Below, one piece after another: positions 40,592 through 51,615 of a DNA stretch of 64,000 nt. Under the pieces are notes generated by a model that did no database searches, had not been told where the DNA came from, and worked only from the letters and a program-made list of their open reading frames with translations. The stretch lies in contig CM119371.1 in assembly GCA_051294905.1 (NCBI GenBank), positions 18,292,001-18,356,000 of the forward strand, in the 5' to 3' direction. Position numbers and translations under genes: made by a program. Position 1 is the first letter of the stretch; each line of letters begins with the position of its first letter. This DNA is from Botryllus schlosseri (Eukaryota).

Positions 40592-41209
40592 CTATGTAGG
40601 CCTACGGCCGGAAACCCTCTGCGGGCCGCTCCAAATCACGTCGCGGGCCGGATCTGGTCAGCGGGCCGTATGTTGCCGACCCCTGCTACAGACCTATCCA
40701 ATTGACTAAGTATAGTACAAGGAAAACCTACTTGGATACTTGGAAATGTACGTACAAGTACATCGTTGATGAAAATGTTGGGATCAATGTAAAACAATCG
40801 ACTCAGATCTACAGGTCAAGTCATATCGTTTTCATAATCAAAGTCCTGCTCTCGCACGAAAACAAACGCATTGTCGCCATTCAGCTTGTATTATTAGAGT
40901 AACACCAGGAGAGCATGGTGAAAGGAAAAGTCAGACACTGAATAATACGTGGAGTGAAATTGACTTTATCTATAAATCGAAAAAGGCGGGGTTCTCAAAC
41001 CCCTACAAATGTCCTAAACCTTCAACAAAATTGAATTTAAGGGATTTCCACCATTTTCCTACAAGCGGGAGGGGGGAGGGGGATAAATTGCATATCTCGG
41101 CAAACGCTGGTCGTAGAGTCATGTCACGTTTATATACGTTTTCTCTATTGTGAACACAAAACTAGTAGTAAAACTTAGGGTAAACGACGGGAGTAACTAC
41201 ATTTTCAGG

Positions 41210-41423
41210 TGTTGGGGCTGCGAGGAGCCCATCCTGGTGACGCGAGGTACCACTCGTTTGCAACCGAGGTGACTACAAGGTTGCAATAAGAGGATCCTTT
41301 TCCAACAAGGGTATTCGGCGGGTTGTCGTCAGCAGGTCGGGGAGTGCCGCCGACTACGTCCGGTTAGTTTATATAGCTAGAAACGGCTGTTGAAGGACAC
41401 CCTGAGCCCTGCAACCCAATACA
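41210..41423. mobile_element. Short GC-rich solo-LTR-like element
   Basis: TG..CA ends with inverted termini tgttggggctgc / gcaacccaataca; minus-strand CTATATAAAA; no TSD seen. Confidence 0.4.
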
Positions 41424-41524
41424 ATTGTGTATGTGGGTACTTCCGTCGTTTACCCGTATTTAACTGTTTTTATTTTTGCTGCACCTAGTTTTGTGTTCAC
41501 GTGAGGGAAAACTGTCTTCTTAGG

Positions 41525-41841
41525 TAGGCTTACCATATTCTGGAAATCTAAAAGGGGGACACTTTTTCCGAAATCTGAGGGTTGCAAAACCGGAGAAAAA
41601 TTCTCAAAAACCGGTGAATTTATCCCACTTTGTGACCAGTTGACTAAAAAAAAAAAGTCATATTTTCGCTCAGAGCTGAAATCACCGTTTTTCACTCCGA
41701 AATACCCGCCGGAGCTCTTAATCTGACCTAAATTTCTTACGGCCTTAAAAAGCGGGACGCTTTGCTGACTGGGCGGGACGCCGGGACAAGACGTTAAAAA
41801 GCGGGACTGTCCCGCCTAAAGCGGGACGTATGGTAAGCCTA
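41525..41841. mobile_element. hAT-like MITE (TAGGCTTACCATA family)
   Basis: Perfect 13-bp TIR; perfect TSD ttcttagg. Confidence 0.93.
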
Positions 41842-43560
41842 TTCTTAGGACTTGTATAAACATGATGTTTCTGCAGCTTTTAAGCTATATATCATGACTC
41901 AACGACAAGCGGTAGCTGAGACATGCAATCTTACGCACTCGCGCACAGAAATTGGGGGTGGTTGCCGGCTGCAAAATCCCCTAAATTCAATTTTCATTGA
42001 ATTTTCAAGTCATTTGTCGGGATTCAAGAAACCCTTTTTTTTCGATTTAAAAAAAGCCAACTTCACTCCACCCTGCTGCATAAAGTCTTTGCAAACGAAA
42101 AATTTAAGGGTGTGCGAATAACGCGAATTGAAAAGCTACAAATTATATAGCGCAACATACTTTGACACAAATCGAATAATGTCACAACACATCGCGCTCG
42201 AACAAATGATGCAGATTTGGAAAAAAATGCATCACACGTGACGTGACGACTCTTCGTAGCAAATAATATGGCCTTGACATTCAAAGAAGTTGAGTGAAAA
42301 TAGTAATGGAGAAGGCTACTTATGATAACATGCAAAAAATAACATTGCCAACAAAGCCTCATCATTAGTGCGATTTAATTTAGACATGTCATAAAAAGTA
42401 AAAAAAATTGCCACCAGCATTTCGTTTGCATCGTTGATTCTGCCCGGTCGGTGAACTTATCATTTGACATTTTACAGCTTGTAGCCTACTTTATAGGCCC
42501 ACTGTTGTAGACGACAATTTTCTGCTCATGTCGGTTTTTTTTTCAACCAGAAATAAAGATACGTGGTACAATTATAACATTGTGTGAGAAAACAGCTAAT
42601 TCGCATACGTTAGGTCGAAATTGAGTTTTTCAATGTCACAAAATGTCAAAATTTTGATTGTTAGGTTAAAATCTTCCGTAGTAGAAATGTTTGTCAGCAT
42701 ATTCATGTTATGCCCGGCAGATATCAGGCTTCCTTCGGCTAAATCCAGAAATTAGGCTACACTCACATAGGATGCCTTGTCCTGTTGTAAACATGCATTC
42801 AAATACAGTCGACTCCGCATACTTTGGTACAAGTATACCGCAAAACAATAGCGATTATCAGCTCAAGGTTTTTGGTCGTGCAAAAAATCATTCAAGGAAA
42901 AGCTGAAGGCTAAATACATAAAACACGATGCTTCGGTGGATCCGTACGCCCTTCTATGAGTTGGGAGGGTCATCATCGGTCCAAACAACTCACTTCCAAT
43001 CGTGTCGTATCCTAACGATAAGAATTACCAGCCTGTGTCCGGATTAGGTGGAGAATTGTCCAAATTACCGCTAGTTTTCTATTTGTAATTTATACTCATG
43101 TTGTATTCTCGAGCATTTTGGCCGAACAACGCAGATTATTGTGCTTAATTGAAGTGGATCAAGTCTAATGAAATTATAGATGACAAACTACATGGCGATC
43201 ATAAATTGTAGCGGGTGACAGCAACGCCATTGTGACACAAGCGTTAGACTCCATCAACAACGAAACAGCAAGCCATCACTGTCATGATCATTGAAGCATA
43301 GCCGATTAGCGAATCAAGAGCCGTGATTTCTAGTCTTGTCGCCGTTCTATGGTCGCTGGAGCGCCCACTCGTCGGCAGCTGCATTCATACGCTTTGCAAC
43401 AAATCTTAACGACTTTCCTGTGAGCTTATTTTAGGCTCATTGCTGTTTTTTTTTATCAATAATCTATTGAATGAGACATTGATACCCATCATTTTTGAGA
43501 TTTTTCAAAATTTGGACACACCTAATGCATATCTACATATAGGAATCGTGATTTTCTTTC

Positions 43561-44601
43561 CTACAAACACCTCCATTTACGATTTTTCACACCACTATGG
43601 ATATAAAAATGATTTTTCAAGTCTGATTTTCTACTGAACTTTTTCCCACAAACATCGCATTCATGATTTTTGATGCCAGCATGAATATTAAGATGTTTAG
43701 TAAGGTTCGGTTTATAAGTAAATCCCCATCCACAAATACTACATTTGTGATTCTTGACACCTGCATGGATATCTAAATGAATCCGGAGACTCCACTTTTG
43801 ATCGAATTCTCTCCCACAAACATCACATTTATAATTTTTGGTAACACCAACTGCAGCATGAGTACCAAGATGCCTCCTCAGGGAAGATCTTGAAGTAAAT
43901 ACTTTCCCACAAACACCACAGATAATGTGATTATTGACACCAACATGCCCGTCCATATGAATATTGAGAGATTGCTTTGTAATGAATTCTTTTCCACATA
44001 CAATGCAGCTATGACTCTTGACACCCACATGCATATCGATATGAATCTTGAGATTATTTCTATGACCATATTCTTTTCCACAGATTTCACATTTATATCT
44101 TTTGACACCTGCATGCATAGCCAAATGCTTCATGAGAGGTGACTTCTCAGCATATCCTTTCCCACAAATCGCACATTTATGTTTCTGGACACCAGCATGC
44201 ATATCCAAATGATTGTGGAGACGCCACCTCTGAGCAAATCCTTTCCAACAAATTTCACATTTATGGTTTTTCCGGTCAGTATGGGTGTCAAGATGCTTCT
44301 TCAAGCTAGATCTTGCACTAAATACTTTCCCACAAACACCACAGCTATGATTGACACCGGCATGCCTATCAGTATGGACTTTCAGATTGCCACTTCGAGC
44401 AAATGCTTTCCCACAAATTTCACATTCATGATTTTTCACGCCAGTATGAGTGTCTAGATGCCTCTCCAAGTCAGATTTCGCGGTAAATTCTTTTCCACAA
44501 ATATCGCAATTATGATTTTTGATGCAAATTTCAAATATACGTTGTTTACTGGCTGCATGCATCATCATACGCCTCTTCAAGCAGAATTTATATGAGAACA
44601 A
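43561..44601 (-). CDS. Tandem C2H2 zinc-finger protein, 11 fingers (paralog 2)
   Basis: Intact ORF with 11 C2H2 motifs; first in-frame ATG at 44568; flanks homologous to paralog 1. Confidence 0.93.
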   Translation of the reverse strand: MFSYKFCLKRRMMMHAASKQRIFEICIKNHNCDICGKEFTAKSDLERHLDTHTGVKNHECEICGKAFARSGNLKVHTDRHAGVNHSCGVCGKVFSARSSLKKHLDTHTDRKNHKCEICWKGFAQRWRLHNHLDMHAGVQKHKCAICGKGYAEKSPLMKHLAMHAGVKRYKCEICGKEYGHRNNLKIHIDMHVGVKSHSCIVCGKEFITKQSLNIHMDGHVGVNNHIICGVCGKVFTSRSSLRRHLGTHAAVGVTKNYKCDVCGREFDQKWSLRIHLDIHAGVKNHKCSICGWGFTYKPNLTKHLNIHAGIKNHECDVCGKKFSRKSDLKNHFYIHSGVKNRKWRCL

Positions 44602-46039
44602 TGACCATCAGTTGTCTCATTGATAAACTGTCAGAATGAAGGTTCACAACATGTGGCTCAGTATCGGGCTTTTCAGAAAATTATCTCCATGAACACGCAG
44701 CAGGGTTTTTGATAACACTTCAAGTTGTTGTTTAAGTCCAAGATATAGTGCGAGGGTTGTGCAACGATCCTGTATTTTGTATTCCACTTCAAATGTCTAC
44801 GCATCAGGTTTCGTACAAAGCTAGAATGAAGGTAATCTAAAATAGAGCACAGTTTGATTTGGTGTCAACATTTTATGGTGAAGCAATGGAATTCAGAATG
44901 AGTAATAAAGCCTATCGAAAACACATTCTTCAAGCGAGCAAGTAGAATTAGCTGTCATATCTTGGTAAATATATCCAGGAATCCAGCAACTGACGACGAC
45001 AAGATACCTGGATATACCAGGCTGACATCAGTTCTTTTGGAAGTGCCAGTTGGTAAGCTAACCACATTTAGACAACACTGGGGAGCCTTTGTCAGCCATA
45101 CGGAAGGCATATAAGGTTAGGCTAAAGATTCAGTTTTGCATGACTCAGTTGGGCGACACTCAAAATTAACGCGAGCCAACTCAGCCAAGTTTTGACATAC
45201 CCATAACAAAGTCAATGGTTTAATTAGAGAAACGACTAACAAACACACGCACAGTCACACACAGATGTTAGCTGTAACAAGCCAATAAACATCTCCGACG
45301 CTCTCAACCATTCAAGTCATTTTAGGGGATTAGAAAACCCCTGAATTTGCAAGATAAATAATTGAGCTTAATTCGAACTAAAGCACGGGCGGTGCGCAGA
45401 GACCTTCACGGACAAAAGGGTTCGCGAAGGCAAAAAGGTTGCGAGCTACTGTAACATCTAATGCTGTGCTCAAGTTATGTTACAGTTGTTGGCTTTTATT
45501 AATGAAGATTTCGATTGAGGGCTGGCATTTTCTTCAGCCACCAAATCCGATATAGAAAAGTGAAGTAGACTCAGTGGGACGGATTCCTAGGGGCACATGA
45601 GCCATGGATTCCAGAGGAACTGGTCCAGATATGGTGAACCGGAAGAAATGTGAGCCCCGATTTTGGTCATGGTGAAGAGGCAAGTTATAACGTAGCGAGT
45701 TTCATTAAATAAAGAGGTAACTGCATTGCATAATAAAAAGTGTAGCATTCAAACAGGAAGTGAAAACAGGGCTGGGCAAAGTGATTGGAATGCCAGTAGT
45801 GGAATCTGCATTGAGTATTTATTCACATGATTCGAGTCACAAGAGAAGATTTCTCAGAGTACCAAAACTATATGCTCCTTGCCACCCGGAGTTAATTTAT
45901 CAACAATAACTATAATTTCGAAACTCTTTTCCACTGGGGGAGTCTGCATGATAGAGAATACACGGTACCCCACAAAGCCACGCACGTTGGTGAAAATAAC
46001 ATCGTAATCAGCATTCAGCATCAGAATTGTACAATATAC

Positions 46040-46690
46040 CGGATTTCAAAAACAGCAACTAGAACAAGAACTACTTGCTTTTCGAAACCCGCAACTAGAA
46101 CTAGAACTACTCGAAACTAGGCCTAACAACATTTAAAAATTGATACATCACAGAATATATCGCAAACTTTCGACTTGGCCTATCAACGTATTTCCTGCTT
46201 CTCATTCCCAGAAAACTAATTGATCACCTCTGACGTAGAGGCTGGGTTCCCATGTCATTAAATGTTAAGAAACATTCTGAACTGGATTTCATTCTCCTGG
46301 GCAACACATTAACGTTTATTTGATCGGAAAAGATATATCAGACATAGATTTGTCATTTCAAAAGGACGGGGTTTCGAGTTTGAAATGGGAGAGATTTGTA
46401 TAGTAGTGAGTAGTGACGACTTCGAGCTAGTAATGGCTGCAGAAACATCATTCAACTGAACACCGGTATCTCGATGCACGCAAAACGTCGACACGTAGGC
46501 TAGTTGCTTGTCGTTTGGCAAGTAATATTTTTCCGATGTGAAACTAAAACTAGAACCATTGAATTTTTAAAATCTGCAACTAGAACTACTCACTTTTCAA
46601 TATCCGCAACTTGAACTAGAGCAGGTAGAACTAGAACTACTCAATTTTTAAAATATGCAACTACAACTACTAAAAAAAAATGTTACTGTA
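46040..46690. mobile_element. MITE relic with AACTAG/AACTAC subterminal repeats
   Basis: Clusters of caactagaactagaactact at ~46055-46120 and ~46540-46670; termini not resolved. Confidence 0.45.
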
Positions 46691-47007
46691 GTTAGTTGAC
46701 CGTACAAGTCAGTACAGCATTGTCACAAAATGCAATGCAATAGGTATACAGTCGAAAAAATAACAAAATATCTCTGTGATGTATTAACTGGCATCATATT
46801 CTTTATGGTAGCATAACAGGTATTTAAAACTATACATATTATCCATACTCTTGTGACATCAGAGGGTTGCATGGAACTTTAGTCTGGGTAGACAAGTGCC
46901 GCTTCATAAATTCTGCATATGAAGAATCATATGAATGTATGATAGACTTCGTTCTGCAATGTTCATTCGTACATTCAGCATCTTATACATCAAGTTAAAC
47001 TCTATAC

Positions 47008-47344
47008 CAGGGGTGGGCAAACTTTTTGGCTCGCGGGCCGCATACAACATCTGAAGCCATTTGCAGGCCGCACTGAAGGCTCGGTTACACGATGAGTTGG
47101 CGCGATGCTTTCTTTGTTTATTTCAAAGACTCCCGGTACTATGACTCTATCTGGAGTGCACTGTAGGCGCGAGCTAACGCGAAAATCTCGCCGCGCCGGA
47201 GCGCTTGATAACGCTCTTGTAGCGTCTTCAAACTGAAATCGATTTCAACACTTCCAAACGCTTAACTAAGCTTTCTTCCAATATCTCAAACGACTTCGTC
47301 GTCCGCAAAACATGACCCTTGCGGGCCGCATGTTGGGACTCCTG
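47008..47344. mobile_element. hAT-like MITE
   Basis: caggggtgggcaaac ... gcgggccgcatgttgggactcctg; no TSD seen. Confidence 0.6.
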
Positions 47345-48505
47345 CGGACTCGAGTCGCGATTTGTAGGTGACTCGAGCCAATTTGTGTATGAACTCGACT
47401 GGTACTCGAATCATTGCGCATGACTCGGACCAAGTCATATGACTCGAGACTGGGTCCACCAAGACAGACATTTCATTGTAATTTCGAAAAATATTGAAGT
47501 TATCACACTATTATTATTTCGTCTATCAGTAGGCTACTGGTGCTTGAAAATGCTACCAGACACTGTTGAAAATTAGGAAAATTAGTACCGGTATATTATG
47601 AATGGGAAGCATTCAATATCACCGAGCAAAAAAAGTGGCTTTTACATGACAATAACTCGGAACTGAACAAGTCAACACAATGAGTTGGACTCGAGCCAAA
47701 CACTATGACTCGACACTCTACTCCATGACTTGGACTTGACTTGGCGATAATTGAAAGGACTTGACTTGACTCGAGTCAAAACTATAAAAGTGAGATTGAC
47801 TTGTGACTCGGAACCTTGTGACTTGGTTACAACCCTGGTATAGTATGTAGCCTATGTTCATAGGCCACATTATAAACTCCCGGCAGCGGTGTTGTTATTT
47901 CACTTTAGTATTCACCATTAGGAACAAGTCGCTAACATTGAGATTAAATTCTGAGAGGGCAGAAAAAGGGCATACAGACTTAACATTTTCTCAGAATTGT
48001 ATGGAAAAAATGTATCGAAACTAGTTATACTCACTCAAGCAAAAACGCCAATGCGAAATCGTGACATGCAGGTAATGCAGGTTACATGGAGAATATAATA
48101 CCTACACAGAAATATAATTCAAATATCTGTGGTCACACTGCTGCATCACTTCCAACTCAAATGTCCCCGAACTCGAGAGACACCCGCAATGGCGATTTGA
48201 TAATAAGGATGCAGCTACATCTCAAACATAAGACATTAGGATGATTTGGTCTCCATTTTCATCAATTTGAGTCCTAATGATGAAGTGAGGTCCTAAAATT
48301 GAGGCTGATTTTCAAGACCATATAGAATTGACACGGCTATTCGGTCTTCAAAATAAGACCAGCAAGCGCTTCTTATAAGACAGGTTGTGCTTATTAGGAC
48401 CGTTTTTTGATGCATACATTTTTTGGTCTTGCTATGAATTTTGCTATGATCAAGAAACAATATTGTCTGTCTGTGGTCCTAAAAATGAGACCAGATAGTG
48501 GCTAC

Positions 48506-50244
48506 AGGGTTGGTTCGATTTGTTTGAAATAAGGTCACATTCGTTAGAAATAAGGTCAGTCTCATGTTTGAAATAAGGTCAGTCGCTATATTCACTATAA
48601 GGTCACTTGCAGTACCAAGGCACGATTTCCCAGTGGTACCACAGTCCGAACACATTCCAGACATGATGTACGAACACGCCCCAGACACGGTGTCCTAGTG
48701 GAACACTGAACACAAAACGAAAATACCCAGACCAGGGCTGGCCAGCCTTTTCGACCAAACGGCCACATTCGATTGACGAACTTTTGCGCGGGGTACTATC
48801 CGCGCTAAGGGCGAAAATTTTTCAAGTTCATAGGTCAATAATATTGTCATTTGACTATATTGCGGGCCTGCTGTATATCGCTGGGCTATGTTTGCGAGGA
48901 CTTGGCTATTCGGCACATGGACATATCGATATCGAAAGCTGCGACCAACATGCGTCAATCATTTCGTGCCTATAGATTTCATAGTCGACGGTCTTACTGC
49001 GAGCGCAAACGCAAGGTCGCATATGTTGAACGACACTTTGTCTCGTAATCGCGAATATAGCTAGACTCAATCTGATACATTGGGTGTTCTTCCATTTTCA
49101 CAAAAGGGCAACAATATTAAAAACAAGAAATCGAGTGACAACATTTTGCGCTAAGTTTATAGAAAATTTTTACCTTTGATAAATGAATCGCAAATTATTC
49201 TGCTTTATTGTAGTGTACGAAGATATACCAATATGTGAATGGCTGATGGATCTGTCAATGCGCCGAAACTGATATTTTAGTCACCACATCCTAAGTGTTG
49301 CGGCCAGACTAATCAAAATTTTGGATGGCCTTGCAAGTTCGCAATCTGTGCAATCCATTTTTGATGATATTAGAACTTTCGGAAATGATCTCGCGGGCCA
49401 CGGGTTGGCCGGCCCTGCCCTAGACTATGTCCGAATGACAGCATAGGCCGAACACACCCCAGACACGATGTCCGAGTGTCAACACAGTCCGAACACACCC
49501 CACACACCATGTCTGCATGGCAACACAGCCCGAACACGCCACCTCAGACATGATGTCCGAAACCCAGACGTGATGTCCTGGTACTGCAACTGACCTTGTA
49601 GTGAATATAGCGACTGACCATATTTCAAACATGACTAACCTTATTTCAAACATGAGACTGGCCTTATTTCAAACATGACTATCCTTATTTCAAACATGAG
49701 ACTGTCCTTATTTTAAACATGAGACTGACCCTATTTCAAACATGAGGCTGATCCTATTTCAAGCATGAGACTGACCCTATTTCAAACATGACTAACTATA
49801 TTTACATTGCGTCTGGGGTGTGTTCGGACTGCAATTCCAATCGGACATTGCGTCTGGGGTGTGTTCGAACATCATGTCTGAGGTATGTGTCGGCCTGTGT
49901 TGCCATTCGTACATGGTTTCTGAGGTGTGTTCGGCCGTGTTGACACTCGGACATAGTGTCTGGGGCATGTTCAGACTTGAGGTGTGTTCGGGCAGTGTTG
50001 CCATTCGGACATCATGTCTGGAATGTGTTCGGACTGGGTTACCACTGGGAAATCGTGCCTTGGATATCTTGGTACTGCAACTGCCGTTATAGTGAATCTA
50101 GTGACTAACCTTATTTCAAACATGAGACTGACCTTATTTCAATCATGACCAACCTCATTTCAAACAGGAAACTGACCTATTTCAAACAAAACTGACCCAT
50201 TTCAAACAAAACTGACCTTATTTCAAACAGATAGAACCAACCCT
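48506..50244. mobile_element. Foldback-type element with 20-22-bp internal minisatellites
   Basis: Termini agggttggttc / gaaccaaccct; inverted arms of ~170 bp; arrays of tttcaaacatgagactgacctta (49620-49790, 50105-50230) and inverted ccgaacac/gtgttcgg repeats. Confidence 0.8.
48733..49417. mobile_element. hAT-like MITE nested in the foldback
   Basis: TIR cagggctggccagcc / ggttggccggccctg; TSD acccagac/ccctagac. Confidence 0.8.
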
Positions 50245-50716
50245 TCCCGATAATTGTCATATTCCTCACAACGCATACGCAGGGTTGCCAGTAGCCTATA
50301 CGACAACAACAGTGGAGGTGCATAAATATATGACAACTGAAGCCACTGTTTCAACGGTGTATAACTGTATTCAACTGCCGATGCAGTTCTCTAATCCGGT
50401 GTTTCTCGATATGTCTTGTGCAAATACTACCAGTAGACTAGAGATTAACAGCAGCAAACTTTTCTTGAAAATACCAAATGCAATGTTGCAATGTTGCAAA
50501 AAATGGGTAGACTTTTATTATGTCAAAACGAATTCTGCAGCGGCATGTCTTGAAAATCCGTGCCTTCGATTTCATATGAACAAGTGCCGAAAATCCATTT
50601 CCACAAAGATGGGTGGTGGTGAATGAAATAATACCGCAAAACACTTCCGACGACACTTTTGGGTATCGTATGATCGCAACATATATTGCACCAAAAACGC
50701 CCAGCCTAGTAGATTC

Positions 50717-51615
50717 GGCACTTCTTCGTTATTCCCCACCCATCGAAAAAATGATCCCCATGACACCAATAAATGCTCCCCATGAACAATAACAGAAAAA
50801 TTTATAAACGTCAAAATGAATTGTTTTTCGCGTTGGGGTGGGGTAGACAGATATTAGGGATGGGGGAGGGAGATATTAGGGTGGGTCAGGATATCCTAAG
50901 ATTAGGGGTGGGAGGGGGATATTAGGGTAGGGTAGGTTAGCGTTAGTCTTAGGATATCCTAAGATTAGGGTAAAGGTTGGGGTTAAGATATATTAAGATC
51001 AGGGTTGGGGATATTTAGGGGGGGTTAGGTTAGGATATCTTAAGATTATGGATGGGGAGGGGATATTAGGTGGGTTAGGTTAGGATATCCTAATACTAGG
51101 GATGGGGGAGGGGATATTAGGGTCAAGGTTGTGGTTAGGATATCCTAAGATTAGGGTTGAGGATATTAGGGTCGGGAGATATTAGGGTGGGTCAGGATAT
51201 CCTTAAGATAAGGGTTGGTTAGGGTTAGGATATCCCAAGATTAGGGTTGGGGGTGAAGATTACAATACTCCCAACCCTAATCTTGGGATATCCTATCTCA
51301 ACCTTGAGCCTAATGTTAGGATATCCTCCCACCCTACTAACCCCAACCCTAATCCTAGGATATCTAGACCTTGACCCTAACCCACCCTAAAACGTAATGC
51401 CCCCTTCCCACGACCCTAATATCTCCCACCCCAACCCTAATATTCCCTTCCCTGACCCTAATATCTCCCACCCGACCCTAATAGTCCCCTAGCCCTAATC
51501 CAAATGCGAAAAACAATTTATTTTGACGTTTATAAATTTTCACATGTTCCTGGGAATCATTTATTGGTTTTATGGTGATCACTTCTGGATGTGTGGGGAG
51601 TAACGAAGAAGTGCC
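50717..51615. mobile_element. Merlin-like MITE with internal head-to-head telomere-like repeats
   Basis: ~115-bp TIRs starting ggcacttcttcgtta / taacgaagaagtgcc; perfect 8-bp TSD gtagattc; TTAGGG-rich 50833-51255 then CCCTAA-rich 51268-51500. Confidence 0.85.

Larger units (their letters stand above)
40946..42075. mobile_element. Long-TIR non-autonomous element with 8-bp TSD
   Basis: Diverged inverted arms of 100 bp or more (gtggagtgaaattgac / gccaacttcactccac); TSD ctgaataa/ctgcataa; empty paralogous site at ~8635-8660. Confidence 0.8.

Noticed and set aside
49620..49790. CRISPR-like array (also 25010-25180 and 40380-40440)
   Set aside because: Head-to-tail repeats with no unique spacers, no cas genes, eukaryotic context.
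50833..51500. Genuine ancestral telomere fusion site
   Set aside because: Enclosed by TIRs and a perfect TSD and inserted in another MITE, so it is transposon-internal.
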